DNA of 54,759 nucleotides from Candidatus Sulfurimonas ponti. Its GTDB lineage: Bacteria; Campylobacterota; Campylobacteria; Campylobacterales; Sulfurimonadaceae. The translations under genes were made by a program, and so were the position numbers. Shown piece after piece: positions 40,753 to 49,260 of this stretch. The stretch spans positions 1 to 54,759 of the forward strand of contig JACNLH010000058.1 of the NCBI GenBank assembly GCA_014381585.1, written 5' to 3'. Positions within the stretch are counted from its first letter, which is position 1, and each line of letters starts with the position of its first letter. The notes beneath the pieces are model-generated. The model was not told the DNA's origin. It saw only the letters and a list, made by a program, of their open reading frames with translations, and did no database searches.

Positions 40753-41534
40753 TACTTCATTATCGCTTGTGCTAAATTTTGATAGGCTATAGAACCGCTT
40801 GATTTTACATCATACAAGATAGCCGGTTTTCCAAAAGATGGAGATTCTGCAAGTTTTACATTTCTTGGGACTACAATATACCTATCATCCAGGTCCTTAA
40901 AAAGCTTTCCTTTAAAATGCTGCTTTAAATCTGCAAAGACTTGCTTAGAAAGATTGTTTTGTGAAGAGAACATCGTAGGTATGAAACCTTTTATATTTAA
41001 ATTTGGATTGATAGACTTTCTTACAAGCTTCACCGTGTTTAAAAGTTGTGCCAAACCTTCTAGTGCAAAAAACTCACACTGTATAGGAATAAGAACAGAG
41101 TTCGAAGCTGAAAGCGCATTGATAGTCATCGGTCCAAGTGCCGGTGGCGAATCTATAATAATATAATCATAATCTTTTAAAACACTCGCTATCGCATTTT
41201 TAAGAACAAGTTCACGGCCCTTAGCCTTATCTTCATCGTAATACTCTTTTTCAATTCCCACCAGACCGATATTTGACGGAGCTAAATGAAGTGTCGGCAA
41301 ATCTGATTTTAAGATTATATCTTTGAGTTTTTTTGTGCCTATTAAAACATGGTAAATATTAAACTCGTAATCATTACGGTGAAACCCTAAGGATGTCGTC
41401 GCATTTGCTTGAGGATCTGAGTCTATCAAAAGTACTTTTTTCTCAGCAACTGCAAGCGAAGCGGCTAAGTTTACAGCAGTGGTTGTTTTACCAACACCGC
41501 CTTTTTGATTTGCAATTACTATTACTTCACTCAT
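40752..41534 (-). CDS. parA: Chromosome partitioning ATPase ParA/Soj
   Basis: NQKGGVGKTTT, DPQANAT, DSPP, LAESPSFGKP. Confidence 0.96.
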   Translation of the reverse strand: MSEVIVIANQKGGVGKTTTAVNLAASLAVAEKKVLLIDSDPQANATTSLGFHRNDYEFNIYHVLIGTKKLKDIILKSDLPTLHLAPSNIGLVGIEKEYYDEDKAKGRELVLKNAIASVLKDYDYIIIDSPPALGPMTINALSASNSVLIPIQCEFFALEGLAQLLNTVKLVRKSINPNLNIKGFIPTMFSSQNNLSKQVFADLKQHFKGKLFKDLDDRYIVVPRNVKLAESPSFGKPAILYDVKSSGSIAYQNLAQAIMK

Positions 41535-42166
41535 CTTGTGCTATATATCCTCTGGCCATCCACTATAATCGAGCCATCATCTTGTAAGATAGCTTTTTCT
41601 AATGATATTGTTAAGTTTTTTCTATGTGTGTTAAACTTTTTATTATGCACAAATTCTATCTTATATTTACTAAAAACTTTCTTCCATGAGACAAGTTTTT
41701 CAATATTTGTAAAATACTTTTTTAAGAGTTCTTCTTTAGATATTTTAATATCGAGAACTCCAAAACTTTTTGGTGAAGATACAAGGTTTAATCCAACTCC
41801 GCATACAATAGAGTCCTTGAGTATATTTGTAATCATTCCGCCTATTTTTAAATCATCTATATAAAAATCATTTGGCCATTTCAAAAAAACAGAGGAACCT
41901 TCTTGAGTGAGTGTTTCTTTTAAGAGATACGCAAAATAGATGGAAGAAGATTCTATTTTCAAATCTTTTGGCAGAGAGCTTAAAGGGAGTGTAAAGGAAA
42001 GAAATAAATTTCCATCTATCCCTGTCCAGGTGTTGTCCCTGCTCCCGATACCATTTGTCTGAATTTTTGCTAAGACAGCGTAAGGTGCTTGCACCTTATT
42101 TGTTAAAAGTGCTTTTTTTAAATAAGTTTGTGTGGAGTCTACACTCTCAAGATAAATAATCTTCAA
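41531..42166 (-). CDS. birA: Biotin-protein ligase (no N-terminal HTH)
   Basis: DSTQ, QTNGIGSRDNTW, KWPND, KIGG, GVGLN. Confidence 0.93.
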   Translation of the reverse strand: MKIIYLESVDSTQTYLKKALLTNKVQAPYAVLAKIQTNGIGSRDNTWTGIDGNLFLSFTLPLSSLPKDLKIESSSIYFAYLLKETLTQEGSSVFLKWPNDFYIDDLKIGGMITNILKDSIVCGVGLNLVSSPKSFGVLDIKISKEELLKKYFTNIEKLVSWKKVFSKYKIEFVHNKKFNTHRKNLTISLEKAILQDDGSIIVDGQRIYSTR

Positions 42167-43055
42167 GTGTTAATCTTTTTCCATTTATGTAAGAGATGAT
42201 ATCCACCTCTTTTTTTGAAGGTGCCTGCACATTAAAAACTTCGATAGTTCCTTTTGCACATCCAAGCACTACACTGTTTTTACCAATACTCAGTATTTTA
42301 CCAGCTTCATTTTCTGTGCACTTTTCTAATAACTTTATCTCTTTAAGTTTAAGTCCATTTTTCAAATATATTCCAGGCCATGGAGTGTACGCTCTATATT
42401 TACAATATAAACTATACGCATCTTCAAAATTCACTTCACCATTTGCTTTTGTAATTTTTGTACAATGAGTGGAAAGTGAATCATTCTGAGGTATAGGTTT
42501 CAATGAATCAAAATTTTGAAGTACATCCACGGTTAAATCACATGCCACTTTAGTAAGTCTATCAAATAATGAGCTGACTAATTCATCTTTGCCCACATCT
42601 ATTGTCTGAATTTTTAAAATATCCCCGGTATCAAGCCCTATGTCCATACGCATAGCGGTGACACCCGTTGTTTTATCATCATTTAAAAGAGTTTGCTGAA
42701 TCGGGCTCGCACCTCGATATGCAGGTAGAATTGAGGCATGAAGATTAATGCAAGGCGCATGATCTAAAATCTCTTGAGGAAGAATCTGTCCATATGCAGC
42801 CACCACTATATAATCACATTCAATTTTTTGAAGCTCGGCAACCACCTCTGCATCGCGAAGCCTATTTGGTTGATACACTTCAATCTTGTTTTCATTTGCT
42901 AAAACTTTCACCGGAGGTGAAGTCATCACTTTTTTTCTTCCAACAGGCTTATCTGGCTGAGTGTACACCGCTACAACTTCCATATCTGAAGCATCTATAA
43001 GTGTTTTTAAAATAGCCTCTGCATAATCCGGTGTGCCCATAAAAATTATTTTCAT
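42147..43055 (-). CDS. fmt: Methionyl-tRNA formyltransferase
   Basis: FMGTPDYA, TQPDKPVGR, AAYGQIL, NLHASILPAYRGASPI. Confidence 0.97.
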   Translation of the reverse strand: MKIIFMGTPDYAEAILKTLIDASDMEVVAVYTQPDKPVGRKKVMTSPPVKVLANENKIEVYQPNRLRDAEVVAELQKIECDYIVVAAYGQILPQEILDHAPCINLHASILPAYRGASPIQQTLLNDDKTTGVTAMRMDIGLDTGDILKIQTIDVGKDELVSSLFDRLTKVACDLTVDVLQNFDSLKPIPQNDSLSTHCTKITKANGEVNFEDAYSLYCKYRAYTPWPGIYLKNGLKLKEIKLLEKCTENEAGKILSIGKNSVVLGCAKGTIEVFNVQAPSKKEVDIISYINGKRLTLEDYLS

Positions 43056-43816
43056 TTATCAGCCTTAAATAAAGTTCCACCTTTATGGATGCCATCAATC
43101 ATGTAACTTTTAATATCTCTTAAATCAAATCCACTCGCTAAAAACATATCAATCTTGTTATCAAGAAGATACTGAGCAGCTTTAAGTTTCGTAACAATAC
43201 CGCCTGTTGCAAAAACATTATTTGGAGTGACATCTTTTTCAAGTTCAGATTTTTCTATTGAGTAGACAATGTTGAGTGGTTTTGCATCATCATGAACTCT
43301 TGGATCTTTGTCATAATAGGCATCGATATCTGATAATATTATAAGCATATCAGCATCTGTATTTTTAGCCATATATGCTGAAAGTTGATCATTATCTCCG
43401 ACCACCAACTCTTCAGTTGATGTTGCGTCGTTTTCATTTACAATAGGTATGACACCATTATTTAGTAAAGTGTCAATTGTATTTTTAATTCTTTGCACAT
43501 CATCAGCTTTGTTTAAATTCACCGATGTGACTAAAACCTGAGAAGATAAAATATCATGATGTGCAAATTTTTCAGAATACTTTTTCATTAAAATCGGTTG
43601 ACCGATAGAAGCTAATGCCTGTTTATTTTCAAGTATACTTCTATCTAATTGTAAAGCTGTGTATCCAGCTGAAACAGCTCCAGAGGAAACTAAAATAACT
43701 TGATGTTTCTTTTTTAACTCTGCTAAAAAATAGACAAGAGCTTTCATTCTATCTAATGCAATTGCATTATTTTCAGTTAAAACAGCTGAACCGACCTTAA
43801 CTACTATGCGTTTCAT
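43052..43816 (-). CDS. proB: Glutamate 5-kinase (no PUA domain)
   Basis: VVKVGSAVLT, VSSGAV, NENDA, GDNDQLSA, TGGIVTKLKAA. Confidence 0.96.
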   Translation of the reverse strand: MKRIVVKVGSAVLTENNAIALDRMKALVYFLAELKKKHQVILVSSGAVSAGYTALQLDRSILENKQALASIGQPILMKKYSEKFAHHDILSSQVLVTSVNLNKADDVQRIKNTIDTLLNNGVIPIVNENDATSTEELVVGDNDQLSAYMAKNTDADMLIILSDIDAYYDKDPRVHDDAKPLNIVYSIEKSELEKDVTPNNVFATGGIVTKLKAAQYLLDNKIDMFLASGFDLRDIKSYMIDGIHKGGTLFKADK

Positions 43817-43827
43817 TAATTACTCCC

Positions 43828-43896
43828 ATAAAAGGAACAAGTCCCTTTTATTCCGCTTGGACCGCTGTGGTCACTAAAGTTTATCTCTTTGAGATA
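43828..43896 (-). repeat. Multi-hairpin intergenic element (obgE-proB spacer)
   Basis: Minus-strand ATAAAAGGGA-CTTG-TTCCTTTTAT, GACC-N5-GGTC and TATCTC-N3-GAGATA hairpins; shares motifs with 10549-10624. Confidence 0.45.
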
Positions 43897-43907
43897 TATA
43901 TTCATAA

Positions 43908-45011
43908 TTAAATGTTTCTATCTGATTGCACTAAATTAAATAAAGCATACTTAAGCGCTTCTATATTTTTTGAAGTTGCTGAAGATATCGGTGCCACTAG
44001 ATAAGGTTTTGTTCTATCATAACCTAATGTTTCATCTGCGGAATCCTGAACAAAATATGGAATCTCTGCATCAAAATTAAACTCATTTGTCTTACTTGCT
44101 TCTAATCCAAGAAGATCTAAAAATCCGTGTACAAGGTCATTTATCTCATCCGGAGCTACAATATCTGCTCTTGTTAAAGCGATAGCGTATTTACTTTCGC
44201 CTAATTTTGAAGAAAACTCTGAAATCTCTTCTTTTAATACTTCAATCTGCTCTTTTAAATCTCTATACGAAGCTAAATCAACCATATAAAGAAGAGTTTT
44301 AGTTCTTTCAATATGTCTTAAAAACTGAATTCCAAGACCTTTACCTTCATGAGCCCCACCAATAATACCAGGAATATCTGCCATAACAAATGATTCAAAA
44401 TCACCAATATTCACCTGACCCAACTTTGGTGTGAGTGTGGTGAATTCATAATTTGCAATTTCAGGACGGGCATTAGAAACGGTAGAAATAAGTGTAGATT
44501 TTCCGACATTCGGAAATCCTACAAGACCTACATCAGCAATCAACTTTAAATCAAGTTTTATCTGACGAGTTTCACCCTTTTCACCGGGCTGTGCATAGGT
44601 TGGTCTTTGGTTTGTTGGAGATTTAAAGTGTGTATTTCCAAGTCCGCCTTTTCCACCTTCAATAAATTTCACTTCTTGACCGTCTTTTAACATATCAAAA
44701 AGCACTTCACCATTTTCTAAATCAATAATTTGCGTTCCTGGTGGAACAATAATTATTTTTTTAGCTCCAGACTTTCCAGTCATATTAGAGCCTTCACCTG
44801 GAACACCGCCATCAGCTTTTATATGCATTTTTCTTTGAAAGTGAGAAAGTGTGTGCGTGTTGTTATCACATCTAAACCAGATATCTCCGCCTTTTCCACC
44901 ATCTCCACCGTTTGGACCACCATTGAGTACAAACTTTTCACGACGAAATGCCACACAACCTTGTCCACCCTTGCCTGATGAAACTGTTAATTCTACGCTA
45001 TCTGTGAACAA
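43908..45011 (-). CDS. obgE: GTPase ObgE/CgtA
   Basis: Gly-rich Obg domain, [22 protein letters not shown]; TTG start with AAGGA SD. Confidence 0.97.
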   Translation of the reverse strand: MFTDSVELTVSSGKGGQGCVAFRREKFVLNGGPNGGDGGKGGDIWFRCDNNTHTLSHFQRKMHIKADGGVPGEGSNMTGKSGAKKIIIVPPGTQIIDLENGEVLFDMLKDGQEVKFIEGGKGGLGNTHFKSPTNQRPTYAQPGEKGETRQIKLDLKLIADVGLVGFPNVGKSTLISTVSNARPEIANYEFTTLTPKLGQVNIGDFESFVMADIPGIIGGAHEGKGLGIQFLRHIERTKTLLYMVDLASYRDLKEQIEVLKEEISEFSSKLGESKYAIALTRADIVAPDEINDLVHGFLDLLGLEASKTNEFNFDAEIPYFVQDSADETLGYDRTKPYLVAPISSATSKNIEALKYALFNLVQSDRNI

Positions 45012-45232
45012 GTGTTTTCCTTTTAATTCATGCTTTAGCTAGTTACTAGCTATGTAAGATTTCTAAGTAAATCTCAGAAATCGATAAGATATAAAATATC
45101 GCTGTTTTAAAATTTATTAATAAACAAATCTTTTATTAAAAACTTAAAAATTCACTCCATTAACAATATAAAAAGTAAATTATTAAATATTTAAAAATTG
45201 TTTAGGCTGAAACCTAAAAATGAAGAATAAAC

Positions 45233-45256
45233 TATCCGGGCAAAAAAGCCCTGATA
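45233..45256 (-). terminator. Putative intrinsic terminator after rpmA
   Basis: TATC-a-GGGC TTTTTT GCCC-g-GATA hairpin 11 nt after the rpmA stop, followed by GTTTATTCTT. Confidence 0.45.
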
Positions 45257-45267
45257 TGTAGAATTAA

Positions 45268-45525
45268 TTATGCAGCAGGTATTACTGAAACTTGTTGACG
45301 TTTTTTGTCTTTTCTTTCAAAAGTAACTGTACCTTCAACAAGTGCAAATATTGTATGATCTTTTCCCATACCAACATTTTTACCTGGGTGAACTTTAGTT
45401 CCTCTTTGACGAATAATAATATTCCCAGGAATTACAACTTCACCACCATATTTCTTTACACCAAGTCTTCTACCGGCTGAGTCACGATTATTCTGTGTAC
45501 TACCCTGTCCTTTCTTATGTGCCAT
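45268..45525 (-). CDS. rpmA: 50S ribosomal protein L27
   Basis: [24 protein letters not shown]. Confidence 0.98.
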   Translation of the reverse strand: MAHKKGQGSTQNNRDSAGRRLGVKKYGGEVVIPGNIIIRQRGTKVHPGKNVGMGKDHTIFALVEGTVTFERKDKKRQQVSVIPAA

Positions 45526-45535
45526 CTAATACTCC

Positions 45536-45844
45536 TTATGCAGCTATACTCGTGATTCTAACACGAGTGAAGTCTCTTCTGAAACCTCTTTTAACTTTAC
45601 TGTCTTTACGACGACGTTTTTTGAAGATTACAACTTTTTTGTCACGACCTTCATTGATCACCTCAGCAGTAACCTTAGCACCCTCGACAAAAGGTGTTCC
45701 CATTTTAAGTTCACCAGCATTCACTGCAAGAACTTCAGTAATTTCGATAGAAGCTTTAGGTTCAAGAGACATTTTGTCTAATAAAAGGATATCACCTTCT
45801 TGAACTTTATACTGCTTACCACCGTTTTTGATAATTGCGTACAT
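45536..45844 (-). CDS. rplU: 50S ribosomal protein L21
   Basis: [14 protein letters not shown]...KKRRRKDS...GFRRDFT. Confidence 0.98.
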   Translation of the reverse strand: MYAIIKNGGKQYKVQEGDILLLDKMSLEPKASIEITEVLAVNAGELKMGTPFVEGAKVTAEVINEGRDKKVVIFKKRRRKDSKVKRGFRRDFTRVRITSIAA

Positions 45845-46039
45845 TTATTATTTCCTTATAATTCTACTAAAAAAGTTCGCAATTGTACCCAATCAAGCTT
45901 TAAGTTTAGTTTAACTAAGTTCTAATTGCATCAAGTATATATATTCAGCATCAATAATATCCAAATCAAGCTTATACTTTAGAATCAAATTCTTATCTAT
46001 CTATACTATACCAGGACGAATGGATCTATACGGTGTATC

Positions 46040-46072
46040 GCTAACACTATGCTAACGCTTCTCCTATACAAT
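46040..46072 (+). promoter_or_regulatory. Direct-repeat operator plus -10 element for the DUF2202 gene
   Basis: GCTAAC at 46040 and 46051 (11-bp period) in the -35 position relative to TACAAT at 46067-46072; AAGGA SD downstream. Confidence 0.5.
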
Positions 46073-46102
46073 TAGCTTATCTTATCTAATAAAGGATCCA
46101 AA

Positions 46103-46687
46103 ATGAAAAATAACACTCAAACAAATAACCGTAGGGATTTCATGAAAATTTTAGGCCTAGGGGCTTTAGTTTCTGCCTCAAGTGCTTTTGCAAGTGGTGG
46201 TAGACGCGCTTCTTCGAGTGTGACTGCAGAGTTAAGCGAAGAGCAGAAAGACACTTTGTTTTTCATCTTTCAAGAGGAAAAGGTTGCTAGAGATGTGTAT
46301 ATAACCTTGGGTAAAATGTATACAAATGAAAGCACATTTGCAAATATTCAAATTTCAGAGCAAGAACATATTTTATCAGCACAGGTTTTATGTGAACGTT
46401 ACGGGATAGACACATCCGGTGTGAACCTTTCACAAGAAGATGATTTTGTGGGGCAGCTTGAGCTTCATGAGATGCAGGAGTTGTACAACCAGTGTATTGA
46501 GCTTGGGCAGGTTTCATTGCTCGAAGCATTAAAAGTTGGCCGCTTGATAGAAGTGACGGACATAGATGACTTAGAAAGAGCCGCCGAAGGAATGCCTTCT
46601 GATGTGGTTCGAGTGTATGAAAGCCTTAAAGATGGAAGTCTCAATCATCTTGATGCATTTGAAAAAGCAATTGCAAGAGAAAGTTGA
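46103..46687 (+). CDS. DUF2202 ferritin-like protein with a twin-arginine signal peptide
   Basis: NRRDFMK + hydrophobic core + AFA; QEEKVARDVY, FANIQISEQEH, IEVTDIDDL, GSLNHLDAF DUF2202 pattern. Confidence 0.85.
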   Translation: MKNNTQTNNRRDFMKILGLGALVSASSAFASGGRRASSSVTAELSEEQKDTLFFIFQEEKVARDVYITLGKMYTNESTFANIQISEQEHILSAQVLCERYGIDTSGVNLSQEDDFVGQLELHEMQELYNQCIELGQVSLLEALKVGRLIEVTDIDDLERAAEGMPSDVVRVYESLKDGSLNHLDAFEKAIARES

Positions 46688-46690
46688 TAT

Positions 46691-47107
46691 ATGTATCCCA
46701 TTGATACAGCCTTAGAGAAGAAACTCACTGAGTCTCTTCATCTATACTATGATTCACTTCGCAGTGCAGATTTGAAATCACTTCGCAGTGTTATGGAAGA
46801 TGAGAGTTACTTCAGCCTTTTGGAGATGATGTCGTTTAAGCATGTTTTTCATGACGCTTCATTTAAAGTCTCGCTTGAAGCTATGCAGAGTGATGCACTT
46901 GCACTTAAGAAGGTGGAGGATGCTGTTTCTTCAGATTTGAAAAAAAGGGTGCAAGGTGTGAAGATAAAAGTAAGAAGTTTAGAATCCAAAGGTTCTGATA
47001 GAGCCGCCCTTCACTATAGCGAAAATGACAATATAAAAAAAATGTACTTTTCTTATTCTGAAGAAAATTGGAAAATTGACTCTAGAGCAGGACGCAAGAA
47101 GCTTTAA
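46691..47107 (+). CDS. Hypothetical protein
   Basis: 138 aa starting 3 nt after the DUF2202 stop; stop overlaps the convergent hypF stop; ends in an NTF2-like ...ENWKID pattern. Confidence 0.68.
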   Translation: MYPIDTALEKKLTESLHLYYDSLRSADLKSLRSVMEDESYFSLLEMMSFKHVFHDASFKVSLEAMQSDALALKKVEDAVSSDLKKRVQGVKIKVRSLESKGSDRAALHYSENDNIKKMYFSYSEENWKIDSRAGRKKL

Positions 47108-49260
47108 GAAATCACATAAGAATATGCCTGCCCCAAAGCGATTCCTCCATCGTTGATAGCGCTCTCTTGTTGATGATGGTATTTTACATTTTCATTCTCA
47201 AGAGCATACTTTATTAGTTCTAAAAGTGTTTTATTTTGAAAAACCCCGCCGCTTAATATCACTTCCATCTTTTCTCTTTTGGATAATTCCACCACTATCT
47301 TCACCAAAGTGTTTATAAAAACAGAGACTATCTCTTTATCAAAAAAATCAAACTTTATCTCTATGATTCCATCTATTATTATGTACTCAAATATTCTGCT
47401 GATATCTTTGTTGTAGTTTTTCTCACAAAGCAAGCCTGCTTCACCCTCATAGCTTTGAAACTGAAGTAGATTTGCAAAACTGGCCACCCCGTCAAAAATT
47501 CTGCCGACTGAAGAACTCAAGGGGGCGTTTAAATTTTTGCTGTGGCTTTGGTGAAGCATCTTTATCTCTGAAGGTGTGAATGATTTGATAAGTTCTATAT
47601 CTAAGGCTAAAACCTCATCTAAACTCAGCGTATCAAAAAGCATACTCAGTGCAACTCTTCGAGGTTCTTTTATAGCTTTTTCACCGCCAAGAAGTTTTAT
47701 CTGTTTAAAGCTGTATTTCCTTTTATCGCCTAGAAATACTTCACCGCCCCAAAGCGTTCCATCATCTCCATATCCTGTTCCATCAAAACTAAATCCAAGA
47801 TATTCCCCAGTGAGTCCAAACTCTGCCTTGCACGCATAGATATGGGCTAGATGATGTTGCACTTCTACGAGTTCTTTGCCCTGCTCTTTTGCCCACTTTG
47901 TTGTTTCGTAGTTTGGATGTTTATCGTGGACTATCAGATCAGGCTCAAAGTCGTAAAACCTTTTAAAGGTCTCAATAGTTCTGCTAAAAAACTCAAAAGC
48001 TTCAAGTGAGCCTAAATCGCCAATATGAGGTGAGAGTATGATCTTGTCATCCATAACAAAAGCTATAGAGTTTTTTGCATTTGCTCCCACTGCTAAAATT
48101 CTTTTTTCACTTTTAAAGGGGAGTTTTATTATCTTAGGGGCATATCCGCGAGAGAGTCTAAGTGTCTGCGTGTTCGAGCCTATCACTTGCACTAAAGAAT
48201 CATCAACACCGTTTATGATATCTCTGTCAAAATCAACAATCACATCCACAAAGGGGAGTTTTTTTTCGATTTCTTTCGCATCTATGATTATCGGTTCGCC
48301 CCCTAGATTTGCACTCGTTGCCACAATAGGATTTTTCAAATATTTAAACAAAATATGGTGAAGTGCTGTGTATGCTAAAAAACATCCGATTCTGTCTATA
48401 TTTGGAGCAATGGAGTCAGATATATTTATAGTTGATGATTTTTTTAAGATGACAATAGGGGCCTCTTTGGACTCCAATAGTTCTCTTTCTTCTTCAGAGA
48501 CTTCTGCCAAGCTTTGCACTTGTTCTATATTTTCACACATAAGCGCGAAAGGTTTTGCAGGTCTGTTTTTAAACTCACGAAGCTTACCGATCACTTCAGA
48601 ATTTCTTGCATCACAAACTATATGAAAACCTCCAATACCTTTTATAGCCGCTATTTTTCCATTCTCAATCTCTTTTGCAAGATCTTTGATCTCATGAGAA
48701 AGAGTCGGTCCGCAACTATTGCAAGAAACCGGTTGTGCATGGTATCTTCTGTTTAAAGGATTTTCATACTCCTCTCGACAACTTTCACACATAGTGAATT
48801 TTTTCATGGAAGTGTTCACCCTGTCATAGGGCACTGTTTGTATGATGCTATACCTTGGTCCGCAGTTCGTACAGTTTGTTGCAAAATAGTCTTTATACTT
48901 TTTCTCATTTTCAATGTCTTCTAAACAATCTTCACATATTGCTATATCCGGTGGAATAAGTGCAGTTTTATAAGCATTTGAATCTTGTGAACTTTTTAAA
49001 ATTTCAAAACTTTTATCATTGTGTAATTCTAATTGTGTTCTTATTATAGTGTCTATTCTTGCAAGTGGAGGAAGTTGTGCGTGAAGTGATTTTTCAAATT
49101 CATATACATTGGCATCTAAACCCTCAATCTCGATACTAACACCTTCTGTGGAATTTTTCACAAATCCAAAAAGACTAAGTTCATGTGCCAGCTTATATAT
49201 GAAAGGTCTAAATCCGACACCTTGAACCAGTCCGTTTATTAAGTATCCGGTTCGTATCAA
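47104..49260 (-). CDS. hypF: Hydrogenase maturation carbamoyltransferase HypF
   Basis: GLVQGVGFRPF, two CxxC...CxxC zinc fingers, KGIGGFH, QHHLAH, DGTGYG, SGGVFQN, NDGGIALGQ. Confidence 0.96.
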   Translation of the reverse strand: MIRTGYLINGLVQGVGFRPFIYKLAHELSLFGFVKNSTEGVSIEIEGLDANVYEFEKSLHAQLPPLARIDTIIRTQLELHNDKSFEILKSSQDSNAYKTALIPPDIAICEDCLEDIENEKKYKDYFATNCTNCGPRYSIIQTVPYDRVNTSMKKFTMCESCREEYENPLNRRYHAQPVSCNSCGPTLSHEIKDLAKEIENGKIAAIKGIGGFHIVCDARNSEVIGKLREFKNRPAKPFALMCENIEQVQSLAEVSEEERELLESKEAPIVILKKSSTINISDSIAPNIDRIGCFLAYTALHHILFKYLKNPIVATSANLGGEPIIIDAKEIEKKLPFVDVIVDFDRDIINGVDDSLVQVIGSNTQTLRLSRGYAPKIIKLPFKSEKRILAVGANAKNSIAFVMDDKIILSPHIGDLGSLEAFEFFSRTIETFKRFYDFEPDLIVHDKHPNYETTKWAKEQGKELVEVQHHLAHIYACKAEFGLTGEYLGFSFDGTGYGDDGTLWGGEVFLGDKRKYSFKQIKLLGGEKAIKEPRRVALSMLFDTLSLDEVLALDIELIKSFTPSEIKMLHQSHSKNLNAPLSSSVGRIFDGVASFANLLQFQSYEGEAGLLCEKNYNKDISRIFEYIIIDGIIEIKFDFFDKEIVSVFINTLVKIVVELSKREKMEVILSGGVFQNKTLLELIKYALENENVKYHHQQESAINDGGIALGQAYSYVIS

